A stretch of 64,000 nucleotides of DNA from Balamuthia mandrillaris (Eukaryota): NCBI GenBank assembly GCA_031835245.2, contig JAVKOQ020000086.1, forward strand, positions 62,001-126,000, written 5' to 3'. Below the pieces are notes generated by a model, which was not told where the DNA came from, ran no database searches, and worked only from the letters and a program-made list of their open reading frames with translations. Position numbers and translations under genes: made by a program. Below, piece by piece: positions 25,956-40,045 of this stretch. Positions within the stretch are counted from its first letter, which is position 1. Each line of letters opens with the position of its first letter.

Positions 25956-28052
25956 ATGGAAGAGCCTCCCCGACAGCCAGCTGGCCGAAACAATACAGCA
26001 CACCTCAAATCTTTTTTTACCTGCCATCGATGCAACACAAGGCCTATGCCAGGCGTTGGTCCAATGATGGGCCACATCCACGCTAAACGACACAGAAACA
26101 TGCTGGCCAGCCTGGACGAACAGGAGCGGCAGGAGCAGTTGGAGCTGGACCGCAGGTTCTTTGCCATTGCCAAGCAAATACAACAACCACGAACAAAACA
26201 GGGAGCTTATAAGCGAAAGACAAGTCCTCATGAGGACTCCAACCACAACAAAGGCCACCAACTCAAGCGAGCGAGATTGTCTTCTTCTTCTTCCTGGCGT
26301 TGTGAAATGTGCGCGATCGCTTTCACTGGACGTGCTCCCTTTGTGCAACACGTGCTGGGCAAAAAGCACAAAACGGCGGTGGGGGAGTGGCTCAGCCAAG
26401 GCAAAACCGTGCCGGAGCATTGCTTGCCTGCTCGTTATCTATCTCCTCCGCTGGGTTCGCTCTCTCCTTCTTCGTCTGCTTCTACTTCTCCTTCAGCTTC
26501 TCGTTCTTCTTCGTTTGGTGAACAGGAAGGCAAAAATGCAGAAGGAGTTGAAGAAGGCGAGGAGTTGCCACCTCTGCTCAAAGTGAAGGCGGAACCAATT
26601 GAAGGTGGTAATAGTGCCATCAGCGAAGCACTGAGTACATCAGAAGCCACAAGAGCTATCAAACAGGAAGAGGAGGAATGCCAACCAACAGTTCAAGCCA
26701 GTGTACCATCACCCTGGCCTGTGCAACCACCTTCCACTATCACGAACAAACCTTTGGGTGCTGACGTTCAGAACGAGCAACCAAACAACACAGAACAGCT
26801 TGACCCGGGGAGTGAGAACCAATACGTGCACGAGCATAAGAGCAATCAGACTTCCTCGCTATTACTAGAAATTCCTTCGGCTCCCACTTCTTCTGCTTCG
26901 AGTTCTGCTGCTACAACCTCTTCCTCTTCTTCTGCTTCTTCTTCATGTTCTTCTTCTGCTTCTTCTTCATGTTCTTCTTCTGCTTCTGCTTCTCCTACTG
27001 CTTCTGCTTCTTCTGCTCCTTCTGCTTCTTCTGCCGCCACCGCCGCTTCTTCTCCTTCTCCAACCAATCCCGCCTTCTTTTGCAAGATATGCCAAGTGGG
27101 GTGCAATACAGCACTTGATTTTTTGATCCATGAGAATGGCAAAAGGCACAGTAAGGCTTTCACGGTAAACAAACTACAGTCATGGACAGAGGGTCAGAAG
27201 GAGCAACTGCCGGAGGAGGAAACCCTTTACTGCAAGGTCTGCAAGAAGCAGTTCCTTCAGCTTGAAGTGCTAAACGATCATAGACAGGGGAAGAAGCATC
27301 AAAGCAAGCTCTCCATGGCGAAGCAGAAAGCCTTGATGCAGCTGCCTCCCTCTCATTTCATAAGACGGAGGTTGGTGGCGGATTCATCCCAAATGCAGAC
27401 TCTCTTCAAGGAACTGCCGTTGGATTATCTGCGTTCGCTTGTGGATGAATATGAACAACAGCAGCAGCATAATGCAACACCAAATCAGCCAGCTCCTACC
27501 TCTCATCCTTCAATTCCTTTTTCCCTTGCTCAAACTCAGTTTGCTTCCTTGTTCTCTACAACACCTCCAATTCCTCTTCCCTCCAATAGCATTCCTCCTC
27601 CGTCCTCTTCTCTCTTCCCTCTTCCTCTTCTTCACCATCTACTAACCACACATCTCTTCTCCAACAACAATACCAACAACGAGCACAACAACAAGCTCAA
27701 GCGTTCTTATCACCTCAACTACCGTTACCACAATTTCCACCTTCTGCTTCACACCCTGCAGCACCAAACGCTCACGCCCATCCCTCACCAGCAACAACAC
27801 CGACGGCGACGATGTTAGTGTCGCTCATAGAACAGATACGACGACAGCAAGTGGAACTTGCGCATCAGATACATGTGTTGCAACAACAGCAGCAACGATT
27901 ATCTTCTGTCTCTTCCGCTCCTCCTTCTGCTTCCGCTTCCCTTCCGCTCCTCCTTCTGCTCTACTTCTGCTTCTGCTTCTGCTCATACGACAGCCTTTCT
28001 AAATTCTCTTCTTGCTGAAATTCAACAGCGGCCACCTTCTCAGCAAAAGTAA
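25956..28052 (+). CDS. Matrin/U1-type C2H2 zinc-finger protein (4 fingers); 3' end has apparent frameshifts
   Basis: CHRC..HIHAKRH, CEMC..HVLGKKH, CKICQVGC..HENGKRH, CKVC..HRQGKKH. Confidence 0.8.
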
Positions 28053-28096
28053 AAAAAAAAGGCTTTACCTTTCTTTCTATTCTTCTTCTTCTGGTT

Positions 28097-28943
28097 TTAC
28101 ACATATTGAGGAGCATTTTCAGGAGGAGCCACAAGTCCGATATGTTCCAAGAAGGCATCCTGCGTTGGGTCTCTGCCCAGAAACTCTCTTAAGCTGTCGA
28201 TGCTGTCAACGCTGCCACCGCGCGAAAGGATGACATCTCTGTACTGCTTACCAATGGTGGGGTTGAGGATGCCCTCCTTCTTGAAGCGAGAGTACATGTC
28301 CGCCGAAAAGACCTCGCTGTACATGTAGCCATAGTACTGCGCATCATAGCCTCCCATCAAATGACCTTTGTTGTTGCGGTGAGAAGAGAGGGAGAGGAAG
28401 GCGAGAGAAGAGGCGAGAGATGATACCAAAAGAAGCTGCAGGATTGGTGCCTGGAGTGGATTTGATCAGAGAAACTTCGCGCCGGAGCTTGTACCAAAGA
28501 GAAGCAGTGTCCGTCTCTGGTTGCGTGTGAATGGTATTATCAAACGTACCTAAACAGAGGGGAGAAAACGAAGCCCAAAAATACGGTCAACGAAAGCGAA
28601 TAAATTAACAAAGAGAGGCGAGAGCAAACTAGACAAGCAGAGAAGCAAAGGGAGGACATACTGAAAAAGATTTGTCTGAGGTTCAACAAGCCAGTATTAA
28701 CGTTTTTGGCAGCGATCATGTTTTGTACAAGTTGTTCTGGGAGAGGCGTGCCATCTTTGTAATGACCAGAAAGTCGGTGGATGATCTCCTTCTCCCAGCA
28801 CCAGTTCTCCAACATCTGGCTGGGCGCTTCTACAAAGTCTCTTTCCACAGAAGTACCAGAAAACATGCCATAAGTTACCTTTGAACATATGTTGTGCATT
28901 ATATCTGTTATTGTTGGATTAAAAAATCAGTCTCACATTTTTG

Positions 28944-28987
<44 letters not shown>

Positions 28988-31339
28988 CGTACGTCCAAAT
29001 TCATGGAAGTAAGTGACAACTTCCGAGTGTTTCAGTAAAGAGGGCTTGTCTTTGCCGGGCTTAGTAAAGTTTGCAACCTTCACACAATCTCACAGTTAGA
29101 AGAAGGAGAAGGAGACAGAGAAGAAAAAAGAATATAGAAAAACAAGAAGAGCAATGAACGAAGAACGAGAGACAAAAAACGAAGAACGAAGAATGAAGAA
29201 GAGTAAAGCAGCAAAACGCTTAAACGGAAAATACAAAAGAACGGCAAAGGGGATAAGCACCATGGCTGCAGCGGGATACTGACGAGCTCCATCCGGCTTG
29301 AGGTAAGTGCATTGCAAGGGGAAGGCAGCGGCGTGGGTGTACTTTCCCTCCCTAGGGAATAAGTCCAAGTAGAAATGGCCCATAAAGTCATTGCTCTCCG
29401 AGTCGTAGACGGAATACATGGAGACGTCCTCGTGCCAAATGTTGGAGGGCCGCTCCACCCGTTCGAAGCGAAGCCCGAGCAGCTCCTGGTAGATATCAAG
29501 CAAGCCTTTGGTCACTACATCCAAAGGAAAGTAGGGCTTGATCTCATCGTCGTTGACCTGATAGTACTTCTCCAACAACATGCGATGGTAATACCTAAAG
29601 TCCCAATCGTTTATCACTCCATCGGAGGAATCCTGTTTCTCTTCCTGCTTCAACTCGAGTAGCTTGGCAAGCTCTTTCTGGCCGAAGGGAAGCAGCCTTT
29701 CTTGGAGGTCTTGCAAAAACTTGCGAACGGTGTCAACGTTTTTGGCCATGCGGATACAAAGGATGAAGTCGCCGTGATTCTGAAAGCCAAGTAAGTTGGC
29801 AGCCTCTATAAATTGTTATTTTTTCATTTCGTTGTGAAGCGTAAGTTTTGGCTTTGAAATCTATTCTCCTCTACCATTCTCTCTACTTCTCTTCTTTCAG
29901 CAAAGAGAAAGAAGAAAAACGTACCATGACGAAGCTTCAAGACTTCCTCCAGAATGGGAATGTTTTCGGTCATGCATTGAGTGCTAAAGGCATATTCCAT
30001 CTTCTTTCGTGTCTCCTCGTTAGTGGCTTGTTTAACGACTGGAAAGTATTCTGGATACTTTAGAGAGACGACGTAGAGAGTTTCTCCTTTGGGACCAGCT
30101 CCTTCCTTCTTGGGAAGGTCTTCCAGGAAGTCATCGGGGAGACCGTTCAGCTCTTCTTTGCTGAACTCCAACGTCGTTTTGTCCTCATTGAGGTTCCTCT
30201 GATAGGCTATGCACAGCTCAGAAATACCTATTTCATTTGTAGGAAAATATATTGATATGAGAAAGAAGGAAGAAGGAAGACGGTAGAAGAACAAGAAGAA
30301 GAACAAAAAGGCAGTACGTTTCTTGATTTCTTTCAATTTCTCGCGCTTTTCAGCAGGCAATCCAAGGCCATTGCGTTCAAAGCCTTCCATCTTCTTATCG
30401 ATCACTGTTTCCCACAAATATGAGGATTAGAGCATAAAACAAACAAAAGAAAAGAAAATAAAAGAAAAAAATGTCATAGAAAAAAAAGAGAAGAGAAGAC
30501 AGACGTCGTTGGTCTTCGGGGGTAAGCTGGATGCCCTGTTCCTTTACTTTTTGTCTGAAAGCACAGAGAGACTTGTAGACATCTTCCCTCATGTTGCTCT
30601 CGATGTTGAATGCCTCTAGTTTCTTGTTCGCTTCTGTGCTCGCATCCCTATCTCGTGATAAACAGAGAGCGAAATGACAAACAAGAAAGGGAAAAACAGA
30701 AAGAATGGAAAAGAAATGAGAAGACAACAAGAAAGAGCGTATTAAAGAAAGAAGAGAAAGGAGACTATGGATGACTCAAAAACGAGGGAGAATGACGCAA
30801 GAAAGGAGCAAAGAAGTATAGAACGAGGAGAAGAAGACAGCATAATCCAACTTTGAAGACGAAGAAGAAGAAGAAGAAGAAGAAGAAGAAGAAGAAGAAG
30901 AAGAACAAGAACAAGAAGAAGAAGAACAAGAAGAAGAGAGCGAGAGAGAGGAACCGTTCGGCTTTGCTGGGGTGCACATAGGAGGGAAAGTAGCAGTTGG
31001 CAGAGAGGGTCTCGCAGCGCGCGTCGTCATAAGCCAACGCCAGAAAAGTGTTCTCAAAGGTATGCTCTCCCTCTTTGAGCGCTGCGATTTGGTCTTGCAC
31101 CTTTTTTTAAACGAGTGTAAGGAAGAGAAAACAAGTAGTAAAAAGAGAGAGGAAGAGGAAAAGGCAGCGACAAACCTCTTTGGACTCTGCAATGATAGAG
31201 TCAGCCAGGGCAGTGATTTCGTCTGCAGAAAGGACACGTAACTCGTTCAGATGTTCCTTTTTTTTTTTTTGGTAGTGGGATCAGAAAGAAAATAACGCTG
31301 AATAAATAAAACACAACCAACCTGGCGTGCTTGCTCCAT
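28097..31339 (-). CDS. THOP1: Thimet oligopeptidase / neurolysin (peptidase M3A), multi-exon
   Basis: [41 protein letters not shown](I)MH (HEXXH); [43 protein letters not shown]. Confidence 0.95.
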
Positions 31340-31669
31340 GGTGATGGTGATGGTGATGATGCTGCTGGCGTAAAGAAGAAGATACAAGGCACCACACAGT
31401 CCTTTGTCTTGTTGCTCTCTCGCTCTTCGGTGACAACAAAGATGGGTGTGTCCGGTGACGTCATCACCGCGTTTCCTTCGAATTTCACGCTTTCCCATAA
31501 TACAATACTGAATTGTCGACTTTACGAAATTCGAAGGAAAGGCGGAGATATCGACAAAAATTGAGATTTCCAAGAGTTTTCAAAGTGTCGACAAAAACGG
31601 TTTGGAGCCATAAAATAAAATAAAATAAAATAAAATAAAAAAAAAAGGAAAGCAAAAAAAAAAAGCATA

Positions 31670-34600
31670 ATGACTGAATCCGATCCAGAAGATGACTTTC
31701 AGGTTTGTGTTTTTTTTGTTCTTTCCATTTCCCCTTGTTCTTCTTCTTTATCTTATCACTCACTCTCACACTCGGCAATAGGAGGAGATCGATTGGCTCC
31801 GCTTTGTCGAATTTGGGAGCACACGAGTGCACCGGCCGCTGGAAAACCTGGAGTCATGCCTGCAGCTCATCGCCGTGTCCAACCGTTTTGGCCACACCGT
31901 CCTCGCCGGGCGGGACGGCAACACCACCGTCGTGCTGGTGGCCCGCACCAAGGCCCTCATCCAGAGCGCCAAGCAGAAGGAGCCCTTCAGGCCCTCCGCC
32001 GACAATTGCGTGAAACTCTCCCCCAAAGGAAAGGTCCGCTTTGTGGGCTTTTCTAGCGACGAGCTCCTCCTCGCTCTTTGTCACTTTCGTAACATTCGGT
32101 TCTATTCTGTTGCCGAGGTTTTGTCTAAAAAGGTTTGCTCCTCTTGTCTTCTTCTTGTTCTTCTTGTTCTTCTTCTTGTTCTTCTTGCTTCTTCTTCTTG
32201 CTTCTTGTTCTTGTTCTATTCTTCCTCTTTCCTCTTCCCTTCCTTTTAGTTCTCTTCTCTTTGCTCTACCTTTTTTTGAGGCAACAAACCAACAAACGAC
32301 ATAAACTTAGGAGCCTATTTCGCCAGTTGCCAACGTAAAGATCTGTGAGAGCGGCAAGATCTCTTCTTTTGCATGGAGCCCCAGCAGCCCAACCACTTAC
32401 TTTGCTCTTACCGCCGAGGGCCACCTCTACGTCTCTGATCTCGCAGCTGGCGGAGGAGGAGCGACAACTCTACAACAACTGGCAGGGCCAGGGCGAACGC
32501 ACTTTCGACCGACCTCTGCTTGCTGGAGTCCCATGGGCAAGCTCTTGGCCTGCGGCTGCGCCAGCGGAGAGGTGGTACTGTTAGAAGCCGGCACTGGCGC
32601 CGTCAAAAGGATTATTCCTCGACCGCCCCTTAATGATGAGGACGGGGATGATCATGAAGTTGGTGTAGAGGGAGGAGGAGCATATCAAGCAGACAGTGAC
32701 GGGCCACAGTTTAAAGTTCATTATGTCAGTTGGTTAGAAGAGAATCTGTTGGCTGTGGGCATGTCCTCCGCAAGTGAGGCCGCTGCTCAAAGTGAAGGAG
32801 GAGGGACAGAAGAGGTGGACGAAGAGACACGCTTCTTCCTGGCCTCCATGTCTCAAGCTGGGACCACCTTTCGCCGTTTCACGGTCGGCATGGAGGAACC
32901 CACTCTCCAAAACATGTATCACACCCTCTGCCTCAAACAATGGGGAGCTCTTCTCGTTGGCGGCACCAACTTTCCAGAAATCGAGTTGTTAGGAAGTCTC
33001 AAAGCAGCCCAACAACAGCAAGCGCTCACTTCAGCCAGAGATTGGAATCTGTGGGTGCTGCCCGATTCCTCTCGTGCGGAGATGCCAATGCCAGAGGAGG
33101 ATGAGGGAGTGGACCACACGCCTCATCTCTTTGGCATGGCCCTGGACTATACTTGGGATGAGGAGATATTGAATCCTGACTCGTCCCCCGATGAGCCATC
33201 CTTCTTTCCTCCATCTCCTATTCTGCTATGCTTCACCGACGTGGGCGTCCTCTCTGCCTTTGCCTTTGTGAATTCGGACGAGGAGGGACCCTCTCCCCTG
33301 ATGCGAGCACCAGAGCCACTGCCCAGAGAGCTTCCGGCCTTTATGAGACAACCAACTTCTGGCTCTGCTTCTGCGTCTCCTTCCGGCCCTCCTGCTACCT
33401 CTGTTTCCAGTTTGGCACCTGGAGGAGCGGCTGGGGCGCCACCAACTACCACACAAGGGCTAGTTGGAGGAGGCGGGGCGGCAGCTACCGCATCAAAGTC
33501 ACCATTTTCTTTCTCGTCTGGTGCCTTTTCTTCAAATACCTCAGCGGCCTCCCCTTTCTCTTTCTCCTCGTCTTTCACTCCTTCCGCCTCCAGTTCTGCT
33601 GCATCTTCAACCACTACGACTGCCACTGCTAATGCCCAAAAACCTCCTCTCTCCTTCAGTATACCCTCTGGCAGCAGTGCTGATGCTGCAGCAACAAAGC
33701 CTCCTTCCTCTTTCCTATTTGGTGGAGCAGCAACAGCACCTCCCGCTGGAGGTCCAGTAACTGCCTCCGCAACGACAGGAGCCACTGTAGCAAAGACGCC
33801 CTCTCCATTTTCGTTTGGTTCCAACTTTGCAGCACCGCAAAGCGCCACTGATAAGCCTAAAACCTCCGCTGCCGCTGAACCGGGTCTCTCTACAGGAGCA
33901 ACTGCGGCTACAGGAGGAGCACCCAAGTTTGCTTTTCCTGCGCCCTCTGCAAGTGGCGCTCCCTCTTCTTCCCTTTTTGGCAGTGGCCCTAGCGCCAATA
34001 CTGCTGCAAAGCCTCCTGTCACTTCAACGCCTCCTGCTTCTTCAGCCAATTTATTCAACATAGGAGGAGATAATGCTGGTGGCAAGAAAGGAGGAATGCC
34101 GCTTACATCAACACCAACACCCGGCCCCGCTTTCTCTGCTCCTTCTTCCTCTGCTCCTGGCACCACTTTCAAGGAGCCTCCACCAGCTAAAAAAATGGCG
34201 ATGGGAATCGGCTCATCGGCGCAACCATCAGAAGCAGCTGCAATGACCAGAACAAAGGAAGCACCCTCTCATAGCGCATCCGCTCCTGTTATCATGCCGA
34301 GCGGTGGCAGTATCGCCGCGCCGCCACTCCAGCAGCAACAAACACCAAACCCGATTGAGGCGCCAAAGGTCTTTGTTCCTGGTGGAGGGGAGGAGCCAAA
34401 GGCCAAACCTCCTCCTGACTTAACTTCTCTTTTCGAAGAGCAGATAGCTTCCTTTGAAGAAACATTACAAGAGGTAGCTGTCTCCCTTATTTGCTTTGTT
34501 CTACATCCTCTTCTCCTTTCCTCTTATGGTTGTTTTAAAATGGCTAATTTCAACTTGTGCAATGTAGGTCAGCTCTCTATGGACTCAAACCCACGATATG

Positions 34601-37600
34601 ATGAGTAGGATACAATATAGCACTGATGAACAGGAACAAGCGAAAGCTTCAACTGACCTGTCATCTGCCCCTCTGTTTACAGAGCAAGGTCTGCTGGATC
34701 TTGTTCACTTTACAGATGAGCTCATAGAAATGGCTGATGAGCGCAGCACCAATCTCTCCCAACAACAACAACAGAACCATCAATTCCATCAACAGCTCAT
34801 TGAATGTACGTCACTCCACTACTTTATCCTTTTTTCTCTTTTTCTTTTTCTTTTTTTTTTTTTGTGTTTGGCTTTGAAGTTGCTATTTTGTTTTTTTTTT
34901 AAAAAAAAGATACTTACGCATTTTTTTTTACATGCAGCACTGGAACGTTTTACGGATGCGGAAAGCTTGTTGGCATCACGTACAGATTCAGCCTACTTGG
35001 CGCTGCTGGACTCTCGCAAATTAGACCCTTACTCTATCAGCATGAAAACCAAGATAGAAAGCCTCTCATCCCAAGTGGAAAGCAATATTGCTCAAGTGGA
35101 CAAGCACCTCCACGAGCTCTACGTATCGTTGCGACGAACTCACCAAGATTCTTCCCCAATAGCTGAAGCGTTGAGTGGTGCAGTCTCTACATCATCTCTC
35201 CCAGCCAAGTATCGTCAGCATAGAAAGGCGCCGGTAGGAGATGTGCTCTACAGAACCTTATCGAACTACTATACGATCGCTTGTCGACAAGCGGATGAGC
35301 TGGCTAATATAACTGCAGAATACAAGCGCCTTAAAAAGCAGCGCCAGTATTCAAGTTTCTCGCCATTACCAGCTGATTTTAACATCTCTCCTTCTTCCCC
35401 GTTGCATCCTGCCTACTCGCCCGTTTCTCCGATTTCTTCTGCTTCTTCTTCTTCACGTCGTGGCCGTCGTGTTGGTGATGATGTTCGTTCTTCGCCATAC
35501 GACAGTAGATCTCCTTCTGTTGTGGCAACAAGACGTACACCGGTAGAAGATGAAAAACGAAGAACGCCAACATCTACAGCCACTCACAGGAGGAAGCGAG
35601 AAGAGATAAGTGAGAGTGGCGATGGCATTAACGGCGGTGGAAGCAGTCCCTATTCTCCATCATCGTCGCAACGTCGGTCCAAGGAACGAATGTCATCGCT
35701 GAAGCAGGTACTCACTCAACGCGTGCATCACTCGCACAAACTCTACAACGAAGAGGAGGCGGACGAACACTTTTCCCAAGCACGCAAACACAAGTTTGAT
35801 GACGACCATAGCCGCCGCCCTCCTTACGGTTATGATGACTACGAACGTGATACTGATAGGGAGGACCATGCATCCTATTCTGCAGCGGGTCTACGAAGAG
35901 ACAGCCCGCTACAAAGAGAAAGAGAACAACAAAGGACACAAGCATTAGCAGTGGCAGCAGAAGCTCAACAGAAACGACAAGCACAACAGCAACAATCAGA
36001 AAAGGAACAAGAAGGAGTCAAAACTGAGAAAGAAAAGGAGCAATGGCCCTCTTTCAACCTGGCTTCTTCTGTTACTAAATCGCCGCTTGCTCGTGCTCAC
36101 GCCGCCATCTCCACTAGCCCTAGCACTACAAGCACTTCTTTACCAAGCACCGCCACTACAACTGCTACTAAGACAACATCTGCTGCTCCTTCCACGTTTA
36201 GCTTTGCGCCTTCTTCCTCCACTTCATCATCCTTGTTTGGTGCCACCAAGCCCTCTGCTACTATTGGCGGAAGTGGTGGAGGAGAAGGTAAATTCAATTT
36301 CCCGCAGACACCTCCTTCAACAGCTGTAGAGTGGAAAGGTTCTGGAGGAGAAAAAAAGGCAACCGCAACCACTACCACCACTACACCTTCCCCTACTACT
36401 ACACCCACAAGTGCTCCGTCTGCCTACACTATTTCAGCACCATCACAAACGACAACGGCGACTACCACCACCAAGCCAACAACAGCAACCGCTACCACTC
36501 CTCTGTTCTCCTTTTCTACCTCGGCTTCTGCACCCTCTTCTTCCTCCACTTCGACAACCATCACTACAACTACTACTGCAAGCAAGCCATTAACATCGGC
36601 AACTACTTCCTCTGCCGCTCCATCTTCTCTCTTCTCCTTCTCTACTACTGCAGCACCAGGAAGCAGCAGCCTCTTCAAGAAGGAAGAACCCAAGACACAA
36701 GCTACGCCAGCACCTTCCACCACTACCAACGTCTTTTCGTTCTCTTCATTCGCTCCACCTACTACTACGGCTTCTACGAAAGCAGCATCACTGACAACAA
36801 TAGCCCAAGCAAAACCAGATGAAGATGAAGACAAACCCGGTGGCAAGAGTGCAACATCTTCCGATTCCTCCTCTTCTTCCACATTCAATTTTAGTTCTTT
36901 CTCTTCTTTGGGACTTGGGGATGACGCCACCAAGAAGTCCCCCTCTCCTATTACGCAACAACAAACGGCAATAACAAAGACAGATGAGAAAACAGGAGCA
37001 ACAAAACCCATCATCTCCGAGGTGGCGGATGGGGATGCCAGCGGTGATGATGTTTATGATGACGATACGGAAGCGGTTGACTCGGACGTGGACAATGACG
37101 ACTTGAGTGGCAGCGACACTGATGAAGAAGGAGCTATTACAGATGAGCCTGAAAGCGAACAACCGCCGAAGCAACAGCAGGGCACGACAAACACATTTGA
37201 CTTTAAACCACTATCCAGTCCGTTTAAATTTGGAGACAAGACTGCTGCTTCCTCGTCTGGATCGTTTTCCTCTTTGTTCGGCTCTGCAACAAAGTCATCT
37301 TCAGAGCCTGCTTCTTCTTCCTCAACGACGACGACGACTGGTGCCAGCAGTTTGTTTGGGAATAAGCCATCAACACCATCAGCATTAGGTAGCGGTGGTT
37401 TGTTTGGAAGTAGTACCACTTCAACTAACAAGAGTCCATTCGCTTCTGGGGGTGGCCTCTTTGGTTCTTCTACTTCTTCTGCCGGCGCTTCAGGCGCAGG
37501 GGGAGTGGGCCAATCTCCTTTCACTCCATCCACCGCTTCCTCCACTTCTTCTCTCTTTGGTTCTTCTTCCTCCACCTCCTCCACTCCCTCTTCGTCTCTC

Positions 37601-38146
37601 TTTGGGACATCCTCTTCTTCCTCTTCTTCTATCTTTGGCACTTCCTCTTCTTCCACCACTTCCGCCAGCCCGTTCTCCTCGTTCTTATCTGCAGCAGCTT
37701 CGGGCTCCGTTCCAGCGCCTTCTTTCGGCTCCACAACCCCTATTTCTAATGCTGCACCAACCACAACAACACCCAAGTTTGGAGCTCCTAGTTTTGGGAC
37801 GCCAAGCTTTGGATCCACTGGCTTTGGCGGAGGTGCAGCTGGTGCTCCCGCAGCATTCGGCAAACCAAGCTTCGGTGTCTCTGGGTTTGGTTCAACAGCT
37901 GCTTCCCCTTCTGCTGCCCCAAGCGGAGGAAGTAAACCATTGTTTGGCGGTGCTTCTACTGGAGGAGGTTTCGCACAGTTTGCAACCAGCGGCGGCGCTT
38001 CTTCAGGATTTGCTGGTGTTGCAGCACAACCACAACCTTCTTCTGGAGGCGGCTTTGCTAGTTTAGTATCGGGATCGCAACCTGCTGCTGGTAGCGGTAA
38101 TGCTCCTGGCGGCGGAGGCGATATATGGAGTGCTATTCGCAAGTAA
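31670..38146 (+). CDS. NUP214: FG-nucleoporin with N-terminal beta-propeller, coiled coil and C-terminal FG repeats (NUP214/Nup159-like), multi-exon
   Basis: LIAVSNRFG, WS-containing propeller strands, GMALDY, PSPILLCFTDVGVLSAF; central coiled coil; SLFG/PSFG/GGGFA repeats. Confidence 0.85.
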
Positions 38147-38193
38147 ATAATGGTAATAACATGCTTTTTATTCTCTCACACTACTCTCTCACA

Positions 38194-38485
38194 TTACTTA
38201 GAAGAGGAGGTATGAAGAGGAGGATGTTTGTGTGGGTTCATGACCAGAAAGAGGGCACGCATAATGTCTGAGAGAGTTACTACTCCTGTGACTCTGTTCT
38301 CATCATCTAAAGAGAGGCTTAGTTTTTAGAGAGACGGAGGGAGGGAGAGAGGGGGAAAGGAGGGCGGGAGAACAAACCAATGACCCACACTCTGTGGGCT
38401 CTAGTCTTGGCCAACTTGGAGATGATGTGCTTTAGCTTCGTCTGTTGAGTGCAACAACACAGTTCTTCCTGTTTTTGTTTCGCAA

Positions 38486-38525
<40 letters not shown>

Positions 38526-39703
38526 TGAGAGTGAGGGTAGGAGGGAAGTTAGAGCAGATGTAACACAGGCAAGAAGAAAGAAGAAAGAAAAGTGGACCTG
38601 CTGTACGTGATGAGCTTCCACAAACTCCATCACAGGAAGCTGCAACGTATCATACATGTTGGAGGAGGCCGGATTCAACCCCCTCAAATCCCCTGCAGAG
38701 AGCTCCCCACAAAGTTTTCCTTCGTCATCCACAATAGGAACGGCCTCCACCAGGTTTTTCGCCATCAATTCAAAGGCCTCCAAAGCCGTGCTCTCTCCTT
38801 TACGAACGGAGAGAGGAAGCGAGTCATTGTGACTGTTAATACTGTGATCGTTGTTGCGATTGCCAGCGAGTTTGAGCTCCAGCAAAGTGTTCTCACCAGC
38901 CGAGGCGAGAGCTTCTTGTTTGTGCTTCCACAGAAAACGAACGATGGAGGATTGGCTGAGAACGTTTACAACGATGAGAGAGCGGTGGGCATGATCTTCG
39001 TTGTGGCTGCTTTCGCTTGCTGCGCGAACCACTGGGAGACGATGGATGCCTCTGGTGAAGAGCTCCATGGCGTGAAAGAGGGAGAGCTCCTCCTCCATCG
39101 GCAGAAAGACGTCCACGGTAGATAAGTCTGATAGCGAAAGGTGTACATGTAAGTTGACGAGGAAGAATGAAAGAAAGAAAAGAAAGAAAGGAAAGAAAGC
39201 AACGACAAGAAAGAATGAAAGAATGAAAGAAACTACAAGAAAGAACGAAGCAAAGAAAAAAAAATAATAGAAAAAACGGAAATAGGGAAAGACAAGAAAG
39301 ATAACGAACTGAGTACACTGCCAACAGGTTTGGAACAAAACTTCCACTCGGCGCGTTCCTTGTCGTGGTGGTGGTCTTTATTCGTTTTGAAGGTGAGCAC
39401 CGAGTGGACCAGGATGTCCATCACGTCGATCATGCCTTTGTAGTCCATGTGTTCACTGTCCCAAACGGGCATCGAGAGGATTCTGTGGCGACTCAGAAGC
39501 TTCAAAAAAACAATAAATAAGACCAAAAAAAAATTTGACATGGAAGAAAAGCAGGGAGGAAAAAATGGTACTTCAAGAGCTTCCTCTGTGGTAGACTGTG
39601 CGCTGATGCTTATGATGCTACGTTCTGGAAGGATGCTCTGAATGGTGGTCCCTTGCAAGAGCTCTCGTAACCGAGAGTTCGCATTGCTGTTCTTTCTCAT
39701 CAT
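38194..39703 (-). CDS. Four-CBS-domain protein (AMPK-gamma/SDS23-like), multi-exon
   Basis: HRILSMPVWD..GMIDVMDI; GIHRLPVV..LSQSSIV; EAVPIVDDEGKLCGELSAGDL; HRVWV..GVVTLSDIM. Confidence 0.88.
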
Positions 39704-39754
39704 TTTTTCTTTTTTGGCCTCTTTTTTTCTTTCTTTTCGCTGGAGTCGATCACC

Positions 39755-39863
39755 AGTTCGACTCCCACCGACAACAATTCAATTTTTCTCCATCATTATT
39801 GTCGGTTCGATCCCCGTTGCCCGCAAGTTTGTTTGTTGTAGACACCATCCCCGGTTCGAATCT
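39755..39863 (+). promoter_or_regulatory. Three B-box-like motifs at 49-bp period in a divergent intergenic region
   Basis: AGTTCGACTCC (39755), GGTTCGATCCC (39804), GGTTCGAATCT (39853). Confidence 0.5.
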
Positions 39864-40045
39864 CGTTGTCTGCATGCCATTTTTTTAAAAGCAACAATGG
39901 CTACATTGGAGATGCAATAATTTTTTCATTTTTTCATTTTCGATAAAATAAATAAAAAGAAAAGAAGAAAAAAAAGAGTAGTGGTGGTGGGAGCAGCGGT
40001 CGATTGAAGGGATTTGGACGACCACAAAAAAAAATAGTAATCAAA

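Noticed and set aside
27600..28052. Apparent frameshifts at the 3' end of the zinc-finger gene (a Q-rich, protein-like reading continues in other frames)
   Set aside because: The shifts fall in CT-rich low-complexity runs with no slippery heptamer plus structure; assembly indels are more likely than programmed frameshifting
39740..39870. tRNA genes
   Set aside because: Only T-loop/B-box motifs; no acceptor, D or anticodon arms can be formed
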